Source of the DNA: Bacteroidota bacterium
GTDB lineage: Bacteria; Bacteroidota; Bacteroidia; AKYH767-A; OLB10
Assembly: GCA_016714535.1 (NCBI GenBank)
Contig: JADKDR010000006.1
Span: forward strand, 264,514 to 328,513
Direction: 5' to 3'
Length of the DNA stretch: 64,000 nucleotides
The notes below the pieces were generated by a model that saw nothing but the letters and a program-made list of their open reading frames with translations, made no database searches and had not been told where the DNA came from. How positions within the stretch are numbered: position 1 is the stretch's first letter; every line of letters starts with the position of its first letter. A program made the translations under genes and the position numbers. This document shows, piece after piece, positions 19,025 through 29,579 of the stretch.

Positions 19025-21850
19025 ATGAAAAAACTAATCATCGCATCAATCTTATTCTTAAACATTTGTAATGCCGTTACACAAACAGGAACATGCTCTG
19101 CAACAAGCACGGCATCGGTTACACTTGTAAGCCATACAGGCCCCAGCAATTTAGCTTTAGGATTTAAAAAAGCTACATGCAGTGGCACCGCCAATGGCGA
19201 AATATCATGTACCGTAACAGGAGGAACACCCACCTACCAATACCGATGGAGCAACTCCAATGCTGCTTCGGCACCTAACCAAACATCGCCCATATTAAGC
19301 AACTTGCCGGTAGCAACATATACCGTTACCGTTACAGATGTAAATGGCTGCACCAAAACCAACACACTTACTATGCAACAATGCGCATTACTTACCACTA
19401 CCTCAGGTATAGTAAGTACTCCAAAAAGATGGGATGTAGATAATATTACCGTTATGGCCAGTAGTACCTTAACGCTAAATAACCTTGACCTATATTTCCT
19501 AAATCCTACATCCAATATAACTGTGCCACCCTTATGTACACTGCTTTTAAATAATTGTACACTACATGGGTGCGAAGAAATGTATCAAGGCATTATTAAT
19601 ACCGGAGGTATGGTTACCATAATTGATTGTGCTATAGAAGGTGCTACAGCAGCCATAAGTGTAACCAATAATGGTAAATTTACTATTACAGGAACTATTT
19701 TTAATAACAATGCATTAAGCCTTTCTGCGAGTAACACCGACTTATCAACCTGCACATTAAGCAATTGTACCTTCGATTATGATAATGCTCCCTCCTTTAG
19801 CGAGCAATTGCCTTTTTATCATATTTATCTTGACAATGTGACTAATGCAAACATAGGCTCATGGGTACCCAACAAAAAAAATATCTATAAACATGCTTGG
19901 ATGGGAATTTATTCTAAAAATAGTGATTTAACAGTATTTAATTCTGAGTTCAGAGATATTGGTTACTACAATTTTGAACAACCTAATTTGATAATTAAAT
20001 ATGGCGATGGTATTTATGCATATAATACTTCCGCTGCACAAAAGTCCATCACTGTTGACCAAAATGGCACTCCGGATGCTTGCTCTTTTATTAATATTAC
20101 CAATGGCGTAACCGTAAAAGGATTCCATGAAACAACCATTGAAAATAATCATTTTGATTTATGTAAAAGCGGGGTATTTATGTATAACCACCAGATTGCC
20201 AATGTAAACATTAATGCAAATAGATTTGATAATTGCTACGATGGAATTTTTATTAGCCGTATTAATGATGCTATTTATCAAATAAATGATAATTTGTTTA
20301 ACATGACAAATACTACTACTCCAAAAGCTTACAATGCTATTAATTTTGGTAATAGAGCCATATCGCTATTGCAAGTGAAAGGCAATGCTAAAGCAACTAT
20401 AAGAGGTAATAAAATGAACAATACGCGCGAAGGGATTTATTGTATTAATATAAAGGGTGCCACATTGGGGGAAGTGAATATAGGCGAGCTAAATGCTGAC
20501 CCCAATATTTTTAGTAACGAATATTACAATAGCATACCCCAAGCCGACTTGCATACTATTGGTGTGTGTTATGGATACAATTTTTTAAATTGTGATAATG
20601 TAAACCTATTTGGCAATCGTGCTATATGGATGGATAATAAACCGACCGTAGCCGAACAAGACCTACTGCGTGGCATATCTCTTATGGATAGCAAACAAAT
20701 GATTTTAATACAAAACAAAACCGAAAAATTAGGCACCGGTATTAGATATTGGGGCGATTGTACAATGGGGCAATTGAAATGCAATACCATGACAAGTTGC
20801 TACCAAAGTGTGTACCTTGACCCAGTGGGAGGAAACACAAAAATTTCGGACCAAGGTGATTTAACAGGTACAATAAAAAGCTGGGGCAATAAGTGGGTAA
20901 ATGTACAACATACGAGTGGGTTTAGGGTAGATGGTGACAAAGCACCTTTCACACCAATTGTTTGGACATACAATACCAATGACCCGCCAGAACAATGGTT
21001 GCTTAGTAGTCAGGTAAAACCATTTTTAATTTCAACACAATCTTGCACCGCAACCATTACAGATTGTGTACCGCCAAACATTGCCCCCGATGACGATGCC
21101 TTGCGTGCACAATTGTATGGTGCTGCAGTTGGCGATTCAAGTATATATAACAACATAGATGCTGAATTTTTATATCAAGATAAAACCGCATATTTTGTAT
21201 CGGCATTAAATGATAGCGGAATATTATATCAAGGAAATAACAACGATGCCATGTTTATTGCGGAATTTGATTCATTGAAAAACGAAAATATTGGTAAGGT
21301 ACAAATAGCAAAAAAAGCATTAGCAAATAATGATTACACATTAATGCAAACAAAATTAGCTGCCTTAGTAAATCCGAATGCAATTGATTTCAATTTAAAA
21401 TCGACAATAAATTACTACGCAAATTATGTTGCCAAAGATAGTATTGCCGATAGTACCACAATAGAAAATAATAGGAGCATAGCATACTTGCATCCATTTT
21501 TGGGTGGCGAAGGAGTATATTATTCGCGAGCAATTTTTGATATAGAACACGAAGACCAAATGCCGCAATTGAGGAAATGGAAACCTAATAATAACACAGC
21601 AATTGTTAAACACAACATTGAAATATATCCTAATCCATCTGATGGAAACTTTACAATTGTTTTGAAAGGATATAATAATCCTCAGATTAATATTTTTGAT
21701 TGTTATGGTAAACTCACAATTAAACAAACATTAAAAGAAAACGAAAGCATGGTGGAGCTAAATGATTATAGTAGTGGATTATATTATGTGCAAGTTATGG
21801 AAAATGGAGTTCAAGTATATTCAAGTAAATTAATAATCACCAAAAAATAA
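19025..21850 (+). CDS. T9SS cargo protein with one SprB-like repeat, a long parallel beta-helix-like region and a type-A CTD
   Basis: Signal peptide. N-terminal CSGTANGEISCTVTGGTPTYQYRWSNSNAA...TYTVTVTDVNGCT. Repetitive N/G-rich segments typical of pectate-lyase-like beta-helices. CTD ends GLYYVQVMENGVQVYSSKLIITKK. Confidence 0.75.
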   Translation: MKKLIIASILFLNICNAVTQTGTCSATSTASVTLVSHTGPSNLALGFKKATCSGTANGEISCTVTGGTPTYQYRWSNSNAASAPNQTSPILSNLPVATYTVTVTDVNGCTKTNTLTMQQCALLTTTSGIVSTPKRWDVDNITVMASSTLTLNNLDLYFLNPTSNITVPPLCTLLLNNCTLHGCEEMYQGIINTGGMVTIIDCAIEGATAAISVTNNGKFTITGTIFNNNALSLSASNTDLSTCTLSNCTFDYDNAPSFSEQLPFYHIYLDNVTNANIGSWVPNKKNIYKHAWMGIYSKNSDLTVFNSEFRDIGYYNFEQPNLIIKYGDGIYAYNTSAAQKSITVDQNGTPDACSFINITNGVTVKGFHETTIENNHFDLCKSGVFMYNHQIANVNINANRFDNCYDGIFISRINDAIYQINDNLFNMTNTTTPKAYNAINFGNRAISLLQVKGNAKATIRGNKMNNTREGIYCINIKGATLGEVNIGELNADPNIFSNEYYNSIPQADLHTIGVCYGYNFLNCDNVNLFGNRAIWMDNKPTVAEQDLLRGISLMDSKQMILIQNKTEKLGTGIRYWGDCTMGQLKCNTMTSCYQSVYLDPVGGNTKISDQGDLTGTIKSWGNKWVNVQHTSGFRVDGDKAPFTPIVWTYNTNDPPEQWLLSSQVKPFLISTQSCTATITDCVPPNIAPDDDALRAQLYGAAVGDSSIYNNIDAEFLYQDKTAYFVSALNDSGILYQGNNNDAMFIAEFDSLKNENIGKVQIAKKALANNDYTLMQTKLAALVNPNAIDFNLKSTINYYANYVAKDSIADSTTIENNRSIAYLHPFLGGEGVYYSRAIFDIEHEDQMPQLRKWKPNNNTAIVKHNIEIYPNPSDGNFTIVLKGYNNPQINIFDCYGKLTIKQTLKENESMVELNDYSSGLYYVQVMENGVQVYSSKLIITKK

Positions 21851-21857
21851 AGCACTT

Positions 21858-21883
21858 GGGGAGTAATATAAAAGTTACTCCCC
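21858..21883 (+). terminator. Rho-independent terminator after the 19025..21850 gene
   Basis: GGGGAGTAA-tataaaag-TTACTCCCC, a perfect 9-bp stem, followed by attttattt. Confidence 0.7.
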
Positions 21884-21895
21884 ATTTTATTTACT

Positions 21896-22918
21896 ATGAA
21901 AACAATTTATTTAATAATAGCTCTTTTTGTTTGCAATAAAGTTGTTGCCCAAAATAAAAATAGCGTGTGGGTGTTTGGCGATAGTGCTGGTATAGATTTT
22001 AGTAATGTAAATGTACCAATGCCTATTGGGACTTCAATAGATGGCAGAGGTAGTTGTGTTTCAATTTCAGATAGCATTGGCAATTTAGCTTTGTATGCAG
22101 CAACTTTTTCAAATGGTGGCTATAGCACTAAAATTTTTAATGGAAATCACCAACAAATACAAGGTGGTGATTCTATTGCAGGTTCTGCTTGGTATAACGA
22201 ATTAGTATTAATACCAAACCCTAATAACTACAGTCAATATTATATTTTCAGTGTTGGGGTGGATGGTTTTATAAATGGCTTATATTATACCCTTATAGAT
22301 ATTTCTTTGAATAATGGTATTGGTGGTGTATTAAGTAGAAATGTACAATTGGATACCGTAAATAATGGCGATCGTATTAGCGCAGTAAAACATGGCAATG
22401 GCCGCGATTGGTGGATAATAAGTAAATATGCCGATGTTAGCTTAACTAAACATAACCGCTTTTACATTCATAAAGTTGATACAGGTGGTATTACATACAT
22501 AGCTACCCAAGATTTTTATAACGCAACAGATGCTGGTTTTCAAAAAATTATTTGGCATCCGAGCGGTAGTAAATTTATGAATTTAAATATTGCTGGTTAT
22601 TTGGAGGAACTTAACTTTGATAGATGTAGTGGCTTTATTGCAGTATACAGAACTATGTATACTGAAATACCTGCACCTTATTGTTGCCGCTATTTTTGGG
22701 AAGGAGCATATTCAAAAAGTGGTAATGTTTTTTATGCAAGCACTACTGGTATTAATAGCCAATTTTCGCAAGGGTATTTGTTGCAATATAATTTATTGGA
22801 TAGCAACCCAACCTTAACAGTAGATACATTGGATACGTTTGATACACCCATAGGTACTGGAGTGCTGCGCCTTGCACCGGATAATAAAATTTATTTTTCG
22901 CGTGCTTATGAGTCCTAA
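21896..22918 (+). CDS. Secreted hypothetical protein; may continue into ORF 22872..23168 after a frameshift
   Basis: Signal peptide MKTIYLIIALFVCNKVVAQ. The overlapping downstream 98-aa ORF lies in another frame and is followed by a strong terminator at 23162..23181. Confidence 0.55.
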   Translation: MKTIYLIIALFVCNKVVAQNKNSVWVFGDSAGIDFSNVNVPMPIGTSIDGRGSCVSISDSIGNLALYAATFSNGGYSTKIFNGNHQQIQGGDSIAGSAWYNELVLIPNPNNYSQYYIFSVGVDGFINGLYYTLIDISLNNGIGGVLSRNVQLDTVNNGDRISAVKHGNGRDWWIISKYADVSLTKHNRFYIHKVDTGGITYIATQDFYNATDAGFQKIIWHPSGSKFMNLNIAGYLEELNFDRCSGFIAVYRTMYTEIPAPYCCRYFWEGAYSKSGNVFYASTTGINSQFSQGYLLQYNLLDSNPTLTVDTLDTFDTPIGTGVLRLAPDNKIYFSRAYES

Positions 22919-23161
22919 TACTTGGAGTTACCCTTATCAAGATAGTATGCGCAACTACATAAACGAAAACCTAAGTGTAATAAATGAGCCTGATAGCCTT
23001 GGTGCAAAATGCGATTATCAACCTTTTAGTTTTTACCTCGGTGGCAAGCGTACATATTATGGTTTGCCTAATAATCCAAATTATGAGTTGGGGCCGTTGT
23101 TGGGGAGTGCTTGTGATACGCTTTCGGCCTCAATGCAATACACCCCTAAATCCGCCATCTC

Positions 23162-23181
23162 CGCGTAGCTTTAGCTACGCG
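23162..23181 (+). terminator. Palindromic hairpin CGCGTAGCT-tt-AGCTACGCG followed by a T-rich tract
   Basis: Seen directly, immediately after the stop of ORF 22872..23168. Confidence 0.5.
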
Positions 23182-23374
23182 TTATATCCTTTTAGATTTT
23201 ATCTAATATTATCTAATTGTGCATTTTAATTGAGATTAATATTCAACCGAAGGAATGACTATTTATCACTAACCCTGATTGGAGCGGAAATCCTTTTTTT
23301 CAATTATCGAATACCTTAAAAAAGATTGCAGTGCAAAGCAGGACTAAACGTATATTAGCACCGTTACGTTCGCT

Positions 23375-23394
23375 GTTTCAAATGCATTTGAAAC
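23375..23394. promoter_or_regulatory. Perfect 20-bp palindrome GTTTCAAATGCATTTGAAAC
   Basis: Seen directly, ~75 bp downstream of the 23470..24303 gene. No flanking T/A run, so it looks more like a protein-binding site than a terminator. Confidence 0.3.
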
Positions 23395-23469
23395 CTGTGC
23401 CTGGGCTTGTGGTGTAACTGAGTATTATGTTATGCAGCTAATTATTATATAAACATCCAATTGGTTACG

Positions 23470-24303
23470 TTACTCCAACTCCTTCAACCATCCTTCTACC
23501 TGTTGTTGAAGTTCCTTGTTCCTATTATTGGCTAAGAATAATTTGAAACTCTCCTTTGCCTGCATGGTATCATTTAATGCTAAATAGGCCTGAGCATTGT
23601 AAATATATGTTTCTATACGGCCGGGGTTTATAGTTAATACGGTTTTAAAGCGATCGATGGCCTTTACAAACTGATTTGATTTCATGCTTAGCAAACCGAG
23701 ATTCATTTGTGCATTCTCATGTAAGGAATCTTTTTTTACCACTTCACGCAGCATCATGATACCTTTCATAGGGTCGTTGGTACCTTCGGCATATAATATG
23801 CCAAGGTCGCACTGCGCATTTAAATTAGCCGGATTTAGTTTTAGTACTGTTGTATAATTACGTATAGATGCCTGCACCATGGCGGCACGCTCAGCCTCCG
23901 ACTCTGCTACTTTATAGGCATCAAAGTATCGGTAGGCTGCATCTATATAATTCTTTTCGTTTGGCTCCATCTTCGCCTTTTCCTCTTTATACCAAGCTGC
24001 CAGGCCAAATTGTTCCTTAGCATCCCATTGTACGGCAAGGCTATCGGCCGCAGCTACACTTGGTGTTTTTTTAAATTCATTTTCCAGCTTTACAATTTCT
24101 TCAACTTGTAAGGGGAGGTATTTGGCTTTTACCTGCTCTGCATACTTACTCCAGTTTAGTGTATCGGTAACCGTATTAGTTGTCTTTGTGCTATCGCTAT
24201 CGGTTTTTGCTTTGCCTGTATTTGCTATTGGCAGTTGGTAAATAATATACGTTAGGCAAGCAGCTGCACCTAGTAGCAGTATCAGTTGTATTTTTTTTTG
24301 CAT
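23470..24303 (-). CDS. TPR-repeat protein with an N-terminal signal/anchor
   Basis: MQKKIQLILLLGAAACLTYIIY signal/anchor, then TPR-like repeats (AQAYLALNDTMQAKESFKLFL...). Confidence 0.6.
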   Translation of the reverse strand: MQKKIQLILLLGAAACLTYIIYQLPIANTGKAKTDSDSTKTTNTVTDTLNWSKYAEQVKAKYLPLQVEEIVKLENEFKKTPSVAAADSLAVQWDAKEQFGLAAWYKEEKAKMEPNEKNYIDAAYRYFDAYKVAESEAERAAMVQASIRNYTTVLKLNPANLNAQCDLGILYAEGTNDPMKGIMMLREVVKKDSLHENAQMNLGLLSMKSNQFVKAIDRFKTVLTINPGRIETYIYNAQAYLALNDTMQAKESFKLFLANNRNKELQQQVEGWLKELE

Positions 24304-24311
24304 GTTAATGA

Positions 24312-25019
24312 TTAGTTTTCGCTTTCTTTTTTTCGGGTATAGTGATATATTATTTTTTCTACTTTTTCGTTCCGCAAGGCTTCCTCATCCATCATTTCAT
24401 TTATCTCTTCCTGCTCCCATTTATAGAGTTGCTTAGGCTCGCGCCCATCGTGTCTGAACAAATATGCTGCTATAATACCTGAAAGCATACCAAATAAATG
24501 TGCTTCGAAACTTACTCGTATCAGCACAGGAAATATTCCCCATATTAAACCGCCATACAAAAACACCATTAACAAGGATATAGCTACCAGTTTTGCCTCC
24601 TTGCGAATAATTCCGCTAACAATAAGAAAAGCTGCAAGCCCATAAACTAATCCACTGGCACCAATATGGTAACTTTCGCGGCCTCCCATCCATAAGCCAA
24701 TGCCTGCAAAAAAAAAGATGGTGGCAAAAACCCGAAACCAAATGCTTCGGTAAAACCACAACAGGCAAGTGCCCAGCACAAACATGGGAAAAGTATTGCT
24801 TAACAGGTGATCTAAATCGCCATGTAAAAATGGAGAAAATAAAATCCCCTTCAGCCCTGACAGATGGCGTGGAAGCACGCCATATATTCCCAAATCGCCA
24901 TGCAGACTTTGATACCCATATACTATCCACATGATAATTACAAAAAAAGCCGGAGGAATAACTCCGGTTACTAGACGTTCAAATATATTTTGGTTTTGCT
25001 GCACTTTTGGCAATGGCAA
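24312..25019 (-). CDS. Rhomboid-family intramembrane serine protease
   Basis: Six predicted TMs. GASGLVYGL (catalytic Ser in the GxSG motif) and a downstream AHLFGMLSG His-bearing helix. Confidence 0.8.
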   Translation of the reverse strand: MPLPKVQQNQNIFERLVTGVIPPAFFVIIMWIVYGYQSLHGDLGIYGVLPRHLSGLKGILFSPFLHGDLDHLLSNTFPMFVLGTCLLWFYRSIWFRVFATIFFFAGIGLWMGGRESYHIGASGLVYGLAAFLIVSGIIRKEAKLVAISLLMVFLYGGLIWGIFPVLIRVSFEAHLFGMLSGIIAAYLFRHDGREPKQLYKWEQEEINEMMDEEALRNEKVEKIIYHYTRKKESEN

Positions 25020-25490
25020 TTATTTTGTTTCGAGAATAGTGTTTGAAGCAACCATGGCAAGTGCCCTTCCTAAAGCATAATTAAATACGCGCAAATATTC
25101 CTTTTCGTTTTCGGTAGCGTTGGCAAGACTTGTATAGTAATTGCGCCAAAGTGGTTCGGGCGCATTTTCTGACGGCACACAATAATAAAGAGGCGCTACA
25201 CGCGGGCGACTATAAATTACCAAGATGGCACAGGGCTTCTTTTCGCCAGTACGATATAATGATTTAAATGAGAATGTGCGCTCGCCTTCGGTTAGGTTGG
25301 TGATGTCTTCCAGTTTGTATCCCCTTTTCATGGGCAACTCCATTTGGAGTTGCAGGCGATATCCGGTTGCGCAATAGTTATACTCCTCTTCGGTAGTTGG
25401 TAATATGGTTTCGTCTTTTACCTGCGCTTGCAAACTACTGCTGACAATCAGCAGCCATAAAGCAATCATCATTTTTCGCATTTGAAACAT
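25020..25490 (-). CDS. Secreted hypothetical protein (156 aa)
   Basis: Signal peptide MMIALWLLIVSSSLQAQ. No recognisable domain. It abuts the rhomboid gene. Confidence 0.5.
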   Translation of the reverse strand: MFQMRKMMIALWLLIVSSSLQAQVKDETILPTTEEEYNYCATGYRLQLQMELPMKRGYKLEDITNLTEGERTFSFKSLYRTGEKKPCAILVIYSRPRVAPLYYCVPSENAPEPLWRNYYTSLANATENEKEYLRVFNYALGRALAMVASNTILETK

Positions 25491-25494
25491 CTCG

Positions 25495-26484
25495 TTATAA
25501 AATTAATGTCACAAAGTAATAGATTGCCCGATTATAAAAATATGAATTTACATAATTTTTACCCGGATAGTATCCGCCTTCGCAGTACGATCTAACCATT
25601 GGATAATAATGCGAAGCATAAAAACGCGATTTTATGCCTGCCAGCAAATACAACAAATTACAGTTTAGTCCGCCTATACAAATTCCGGCCGAGAGCGAAA
25701 ACCAAAATCCGAAAGAGGCCTTCAATCCAATAATCAACACACTTAATCCTATTAGCAGTTTCAAGGCAAGCCCCAATCGGTGAAATTGCTGTGCAGCTTT
25801 GCTGCGTGGAATATAAATGTCGTGCCTGTTATAAATGGTGCTGCTGTATAGTGTGCCATGTGCAACGGTTTCAAACAACAATGGTACACAAACCGGTGGG
25901 CCATCTGCTTTCGCGGTGCGCGTAAAAAAACAAGGCGTCTCTTCTACCATAACCGATACCGACCCGGTTTCATAAGCCTTATTAAAAATCTTGATACTTG
26001 CCTTTCCTATATGAACAATTCCCTTAGCATAAGGCGCAAGTACATACGACAAGCGCGTTCTGCGTTGTTCTATTCCATCTTTAAAAATAAAATCGTGATT
26101 CACATACGGCTTGCTTGCTATTTTAAATCCTTTAAAGTCGGGTCGCCTGAATACGCGCCCTTCGCCCGTATACTCAAACGTAACAATGAGCTCTTCATCA
26201 GCCCGCATTATATTCTTATCGGTGCTTATATCAAAATAATACGTTACCGGCAATAAAGGGTCATAAAAATATCCATGTAACAGGTTACTATCGTACATAG
26301 CCCGCAATTCAGGATCTGACAACGTCTCGTAAGCAGTTTGTATCAAAAGGAACCTGCTGTAAGCTTCCGTATTGGCCGGATTTCTGTCAGGATGATACTG
26401 CATAGCCAGCTTACGGTATGCCTTCTTGACATCGCTGGTGGTGGCTGTACTATTTACTCCTAATATCTGATAGTAATCGGGCAT
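25495..26484 (-). CDS. DnaJ (J-domain) protein with a C-terminal membrane region
   Basis: N-terminal J domain [33 protein letters not shown]. The C-terminal ~90 aa are hydrophobic. Confidence 0.8.
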   Translation of the reverse strand: MPDYYQILGVNSTATTSDVKKAYRKLAMQYHPDRNPANTEAYSRFLLIQTAYETLSDPELRAMYDSNLLHGYFYDPLLPVTYYFDISTDKNIMRADEELIVTFEYTGEGRVFRRPDFKGFKIASKPYVNHDFIFKDGIEQRRTRLSYVLAPYAKGIVHIGKASIKIFNKAYETGSVSVMVEETPCFFTRTAKADGPPVCVPLLFETVAHGTLYSSTIYNRHDIYIPRSKAAQQFHRLGLALKLLIGLSVLIIGLKASFGFWFSLSAGICIGGLNCNLLYLLAGIKSRFYASHYYPMVRSYCEGGYYPGKNYVNSYFYNRAIYYFVTLIL

Positions 26485-26542
26485 CTTCTTTTACCTTAAC
26501 ATAGTAACTACTTTAAACGAAAATTATTTTCCATTGCTTTGT

Positions 26543-27754
26543 TTAGTTCAATTGTTCAGTTAAGTAATATTTTAAATCACCACCCAGGTCTCTTGTAAAA
26601 AATGCAGTTATAGCTCCTCCATCTTTTAGCATATGTGTCTTTCGCAATTCTTCGGCTGTCAATGGAAAATTGCGTGCTGTGATATTCGCAGTAGTTATTT
26701 CCCGCTCACCTAGTAGCTTATTAAAATTCTTCTTGTTATAGGCACCACTTTTAGTCATTCGAAAAGTACGTCCTATAAAATCCGGAATCAAATACTCCGC
26801 CAAACCAAAGGTGTAATTATTATTCAGCACCTGCATACCATTTGATTCAAAATACTGCTTACTCAACCCCGATTTAATTATTGCATTTCCTGCTTCATAA
26901 AAAAAGTTGTCATTACCCGCAGTCGTATCATATGTTACCGTTCTTTTTTCACTACCACTATAACTCAATACTTTTTCTCTGCTTAATACATCAACCGCAA
27001 TTCTCTGTAGTTTGGTTTTGCTACTAATATCTATTACAACTAGTATCTCCTTCATCTCATTCTTTTCCGAAATACAATAAATCACCGAAGGGTGCATGAC
27101 ATTTTCAAGCCAGGTAACATCCAGCATGGGCGATAATTTTATCGCACATAGCTTCGCTTTAGCTTTAAGCACCGGCAATAAAGCTATTACATTGGGCGAA
27201 TAATCGCTAACTCCTAAATTACGGTTGCCATATTCATCGCGCCTGTCAGGGTCAACAAATATTAAATCAAATTGTTTCGAGTCTGCATTTAGATATGCTT
27301 CACCTTTTATATTATAGGTTTCTAATTCCTTACCAAACTTTAATAATTCAAAATTACTATTCAATATCGTCACATTCATTCTATCGGCATCACATACGGT
27401 CACCATGTCAAAATTCTTTCCCATATAATATGCATCTATTCCTAACCCTGCCGTTAGGTCCAACATTTTTTCTCCCTTAAAAAGTGTAGATTTATATCGT
27501 GCTACATTTTCCGATGTACATTGCTCTATCAACTTCCTTGTCAGTATAGGTTGTTGCGCACTCCATTCGGGCAATTTTTTCCTGATGCGCTGCAGCAAAT
27601 CTATTTGCTGCAAGGCCGTGCGAATATCAAAATCATATTTATGATTTTGCAAAGCATAAGCGCTTGTAACTATGTCTATATGATTTGCAATAAACTTCCT
27701 TAGTTCCGCATTCTGTAACAACTCATCCAATTGTGCCTGCTGCATGCCGATCAC
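26543..27754 (-). CDS. Putative class I SAM-dependent methyltransferase with a THUMP-like C-terminal domain
   Basis: MLDLTAGLGIDAYYMG (motif I-like) and LIFVDPDRR (DPPY-like). The architecture resembles Bacteroidota THUMP-like methyltransferases. Assignment by motif only. Confidence 0.5.
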   Translation of the reverse strand: MIGMQQAQLDELLQNAELRKFIANHIDIVTSAYALQNHKYDFDIRTALQQIDLLQRIRKKLPEWSAQQPILTRKLIEQCTSENVARYKSTLFKGEKMLDLTAGLGIDAYYMGKNFDMVTVCDADRMNVTILNSNFELLKFGKELETYNIKGEAYLNADSKQFDLIFVDPDRRDEYGNRNLGVSDYSPNVIALLPVLKAKAKLCAIKLSPMLDVTWLENVMHPSVIYCISEKNEMKEILVVIDISSKTKLQRIAVDVLSREKVLSYSGSEKRTVTYDTTAGNDNFFYEAGNAIIKSGLSKQYFESNGMQVLNNNYTFGLAEYLIPDFIGRTFRMTKSGAYNKKNFNKLLGEREITTANITARNFPLTAEELRKTHMLKDGGAITAFFTRDLGGDLKYYLTEQLN

Positions 27755-27757
27755 ATT

Positions 27758-29137
27758 TTATCCAAACAACATTTTAAAAACATCTTCCATACTCTTGGTT
27801 GCAATTAATTCTACCGGAGTAGTTTGCTGCAACTCTTTTAACTTAGGATGATATGCTGATAAATAAAATTTTTCGAATCCCAGCTTCTCTGCTTCCTTAA
27901 TTCGTTGCTCTATCTTACTTATGGGTCGCAACTCGCCACTCAAGCCTACCTCGGCAGCATAGCAGGTGTTGGGCAGCAATGCTATATCATCATTACTGCT
28001 AAGTATGGCACACATCACCGCAAGGTCAATAGATGGATCTTCAACTTTAATGCCTCCCGCCAGATTCAAAAAAACATCCTTCATACCCAACTTAAAACCA
28101 CAACGCTTTTCCAGCACTGCCAGTAGCATAGACAATCTGCGTAAGTCAAAGCCTGTAGCACTGCGCTGCGGAGTCCCGTACACTGCACTCGACACCAATG
28201 CCTGCACTTCTATCAACATAGGTCGCATGCCTTCCATCGTGCACGCTATGGCTATTCCACTGTAAGGCTCCTTTCTGTTCGACAACAATACTTCCGATGG
28301 ATTACTTACTTCGCGCAATCCTTCAGTCACCATTTCATAAATTCCCAATTCAGATGATGATCCAAATCTGTTTTTCAATGTTCTTAATATCCGATACAAG
28401 TGGTTTCGGTCGCCTTCAAATTGCAATACCGTATCCACCATATGCTCCAGCACTTTCGGGCCTGCTATCACACCATCTTTGGTAATATGACCTATCAAAA
28501 AAACCGGTGTATTCGACTCCTTGGCAAAGCGCAATAATTCGGCTGCACATCCCCTTATTTGCGACACACTTCCCGGTGCCGACTCTATGCTATTCGAGTA
28601 CAAAGTCTGTATCGAATCTATTACCACAAGGTCAGGCTGCAATGCATTTATGTGTTGGAATATCGCCTCTGTGCCTGTCTCACTAAGTATAAAGCAAGCT
28701 TTGTTTAGAATACCCACGCGTTCTGCTCTCATCTTTATCTGCTGCTCACTCTCTTCGCCCGAAATATAAAGGCACTTGCAACCCTCCATTTTAAGCACCA
28801 GTTGCAACAAGATGGTCGATTTGCCAATACCCGGCTCTCCTCCCAACAATATCAACGACCCCGGCACTATGCCACCACCCAGCACACGTTGCAATTCCTT
28901 GTCTGGCAATTCAAGCCTGTGCTCAGTGCTGCTATGTATTTCACCTATCTGTATCGGTCGCGATTTCCTGCCCGACTTCCCACTTCCATCCGTAATCCAT
29001 GCAGGCACCTTACTGTCCTTGGTAACTATTTCTTCCACATAGGTGTTCCACTCCCCGCACGAGGCGCATTTGCCTATCCATTTAGCCGATTGCGCCCCGC
29101 AATTCTGACAGTAATATACAGTTCTTACTTTACTCAT
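27758..29137 (-). CDS. radA: DNA repair protein RadA/Sms
   Basis: MSKVRTVYYCQNCGAQSAKWIGKCASCGEWNTY zinc finger, Walker A GGEPGIGKST, KNRFG motif and a Lon-like C-domain. The ORF-track N-terminal extension 29138..29401 is rejected; the start was set at the Met of MSKVRTVYY. Confidence 0.9.
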   Translation of the reverse strand: MSKVRTVYYCQNCGAQSAKWIGKCASCGEWNTYVEEIVTKDSKVPAWITDGSGKSGRKSRPIQIGEIHSSTEHRLELPDKELQRVLGGGIVPGSLILLGGEPGIGKSTILLQLVLKMEGCKCLYISGEESEQQIKMRAERVGILNKACFILSETGTEAIFQHINALQPDLVVIDSIQTLYSNSIESAPGSVSQIRGCAAELLRFAKESNTPVFLIGHITKDGVIAGPKVLEHMVDTVLQFEGDRNHLYRILRTLKNRFGSSSELGIYEMVTEGLREVSNPSEVLLSNRKEPYSGIAIACTMEGMRPMLIEVQALVSSAVYGTPQRSATGFDLRRLSMLLAVLEKRCGFKLGMKDVFLNLAGGIKVEDPSIDLAVMCAILSSNDDIALLPNTCYAAEVGLSGELRPISKIEQRIKEAEKLGFEKFYLSAYHPKLKELQQTTPVELIATKSMEDVFKMLFG

Positions 29138-29579
29138 AACCTCGCCAAATATAATCCTATTCCTCCAATTCCATTTTAATTCAACTTGCTTAGGTAGGTA
29201 AATAAAAACCATGAACTGCGGTCTGTATCTTGCTAATAACAGTGTAATCGCGCTATCCGCTATATCTTTTATTTTTCTATTGTGTTTGTAAAAAATCGAA
29301 AAAAAATAAAAGGATGCCGCTACTATCGCGGTTACTGACATCACTTTATACCTTCGTTTTATTAGTTTATTCCAAATATTAATACAAGTGAAATATATCA
29401 TGTTGCATCAATTTAAATTTAACAATCAAGCGCTCGTCAGCATTTGCAATGCGGATGTACCATCGCTGGCGCAAGCTTGCAGCTTGTGACGCCAAATTTT
29501 TTATTACCCACCACTCATCCGCATTGGCAATGCGGAAGTACCATGTTGTATTTTTAAATAATTTTAACCCACATTGCAG

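Noticed and set aside
22872-23168. 98-aa ORF overlapping the end of 21896..22918 in another frame
   Set aside because: It is probably the frameshifted C-terminal continuation of the upstream gene rather than an independent gene. It is kept only as a note under that feature.
29138-29401. N-terminal 88-aa extension of the radA ORF (MIYFTCINIWNKLIKRRYKV…)
   Set aside because: RadA proteins begin at the zinc-finger region (MSKVRTVYYCQNCG). The extension is low-complexity and AT-rich and overlaps the promoter region.
29441-29545. Two ~24-bp imperfect direct repeats (GCATT(T/G)GCAATGCGGA(T/A)GTACCAT) and a weakly similar stretch at 31468-31515 inside the IS right end
   Set aside because: Similarity is only ~70-85% over short AT-biased sequence. 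They may be sub-terminal transposase-binding sites or coincidence. They are mentioned under the IS finding but not called as a feature.
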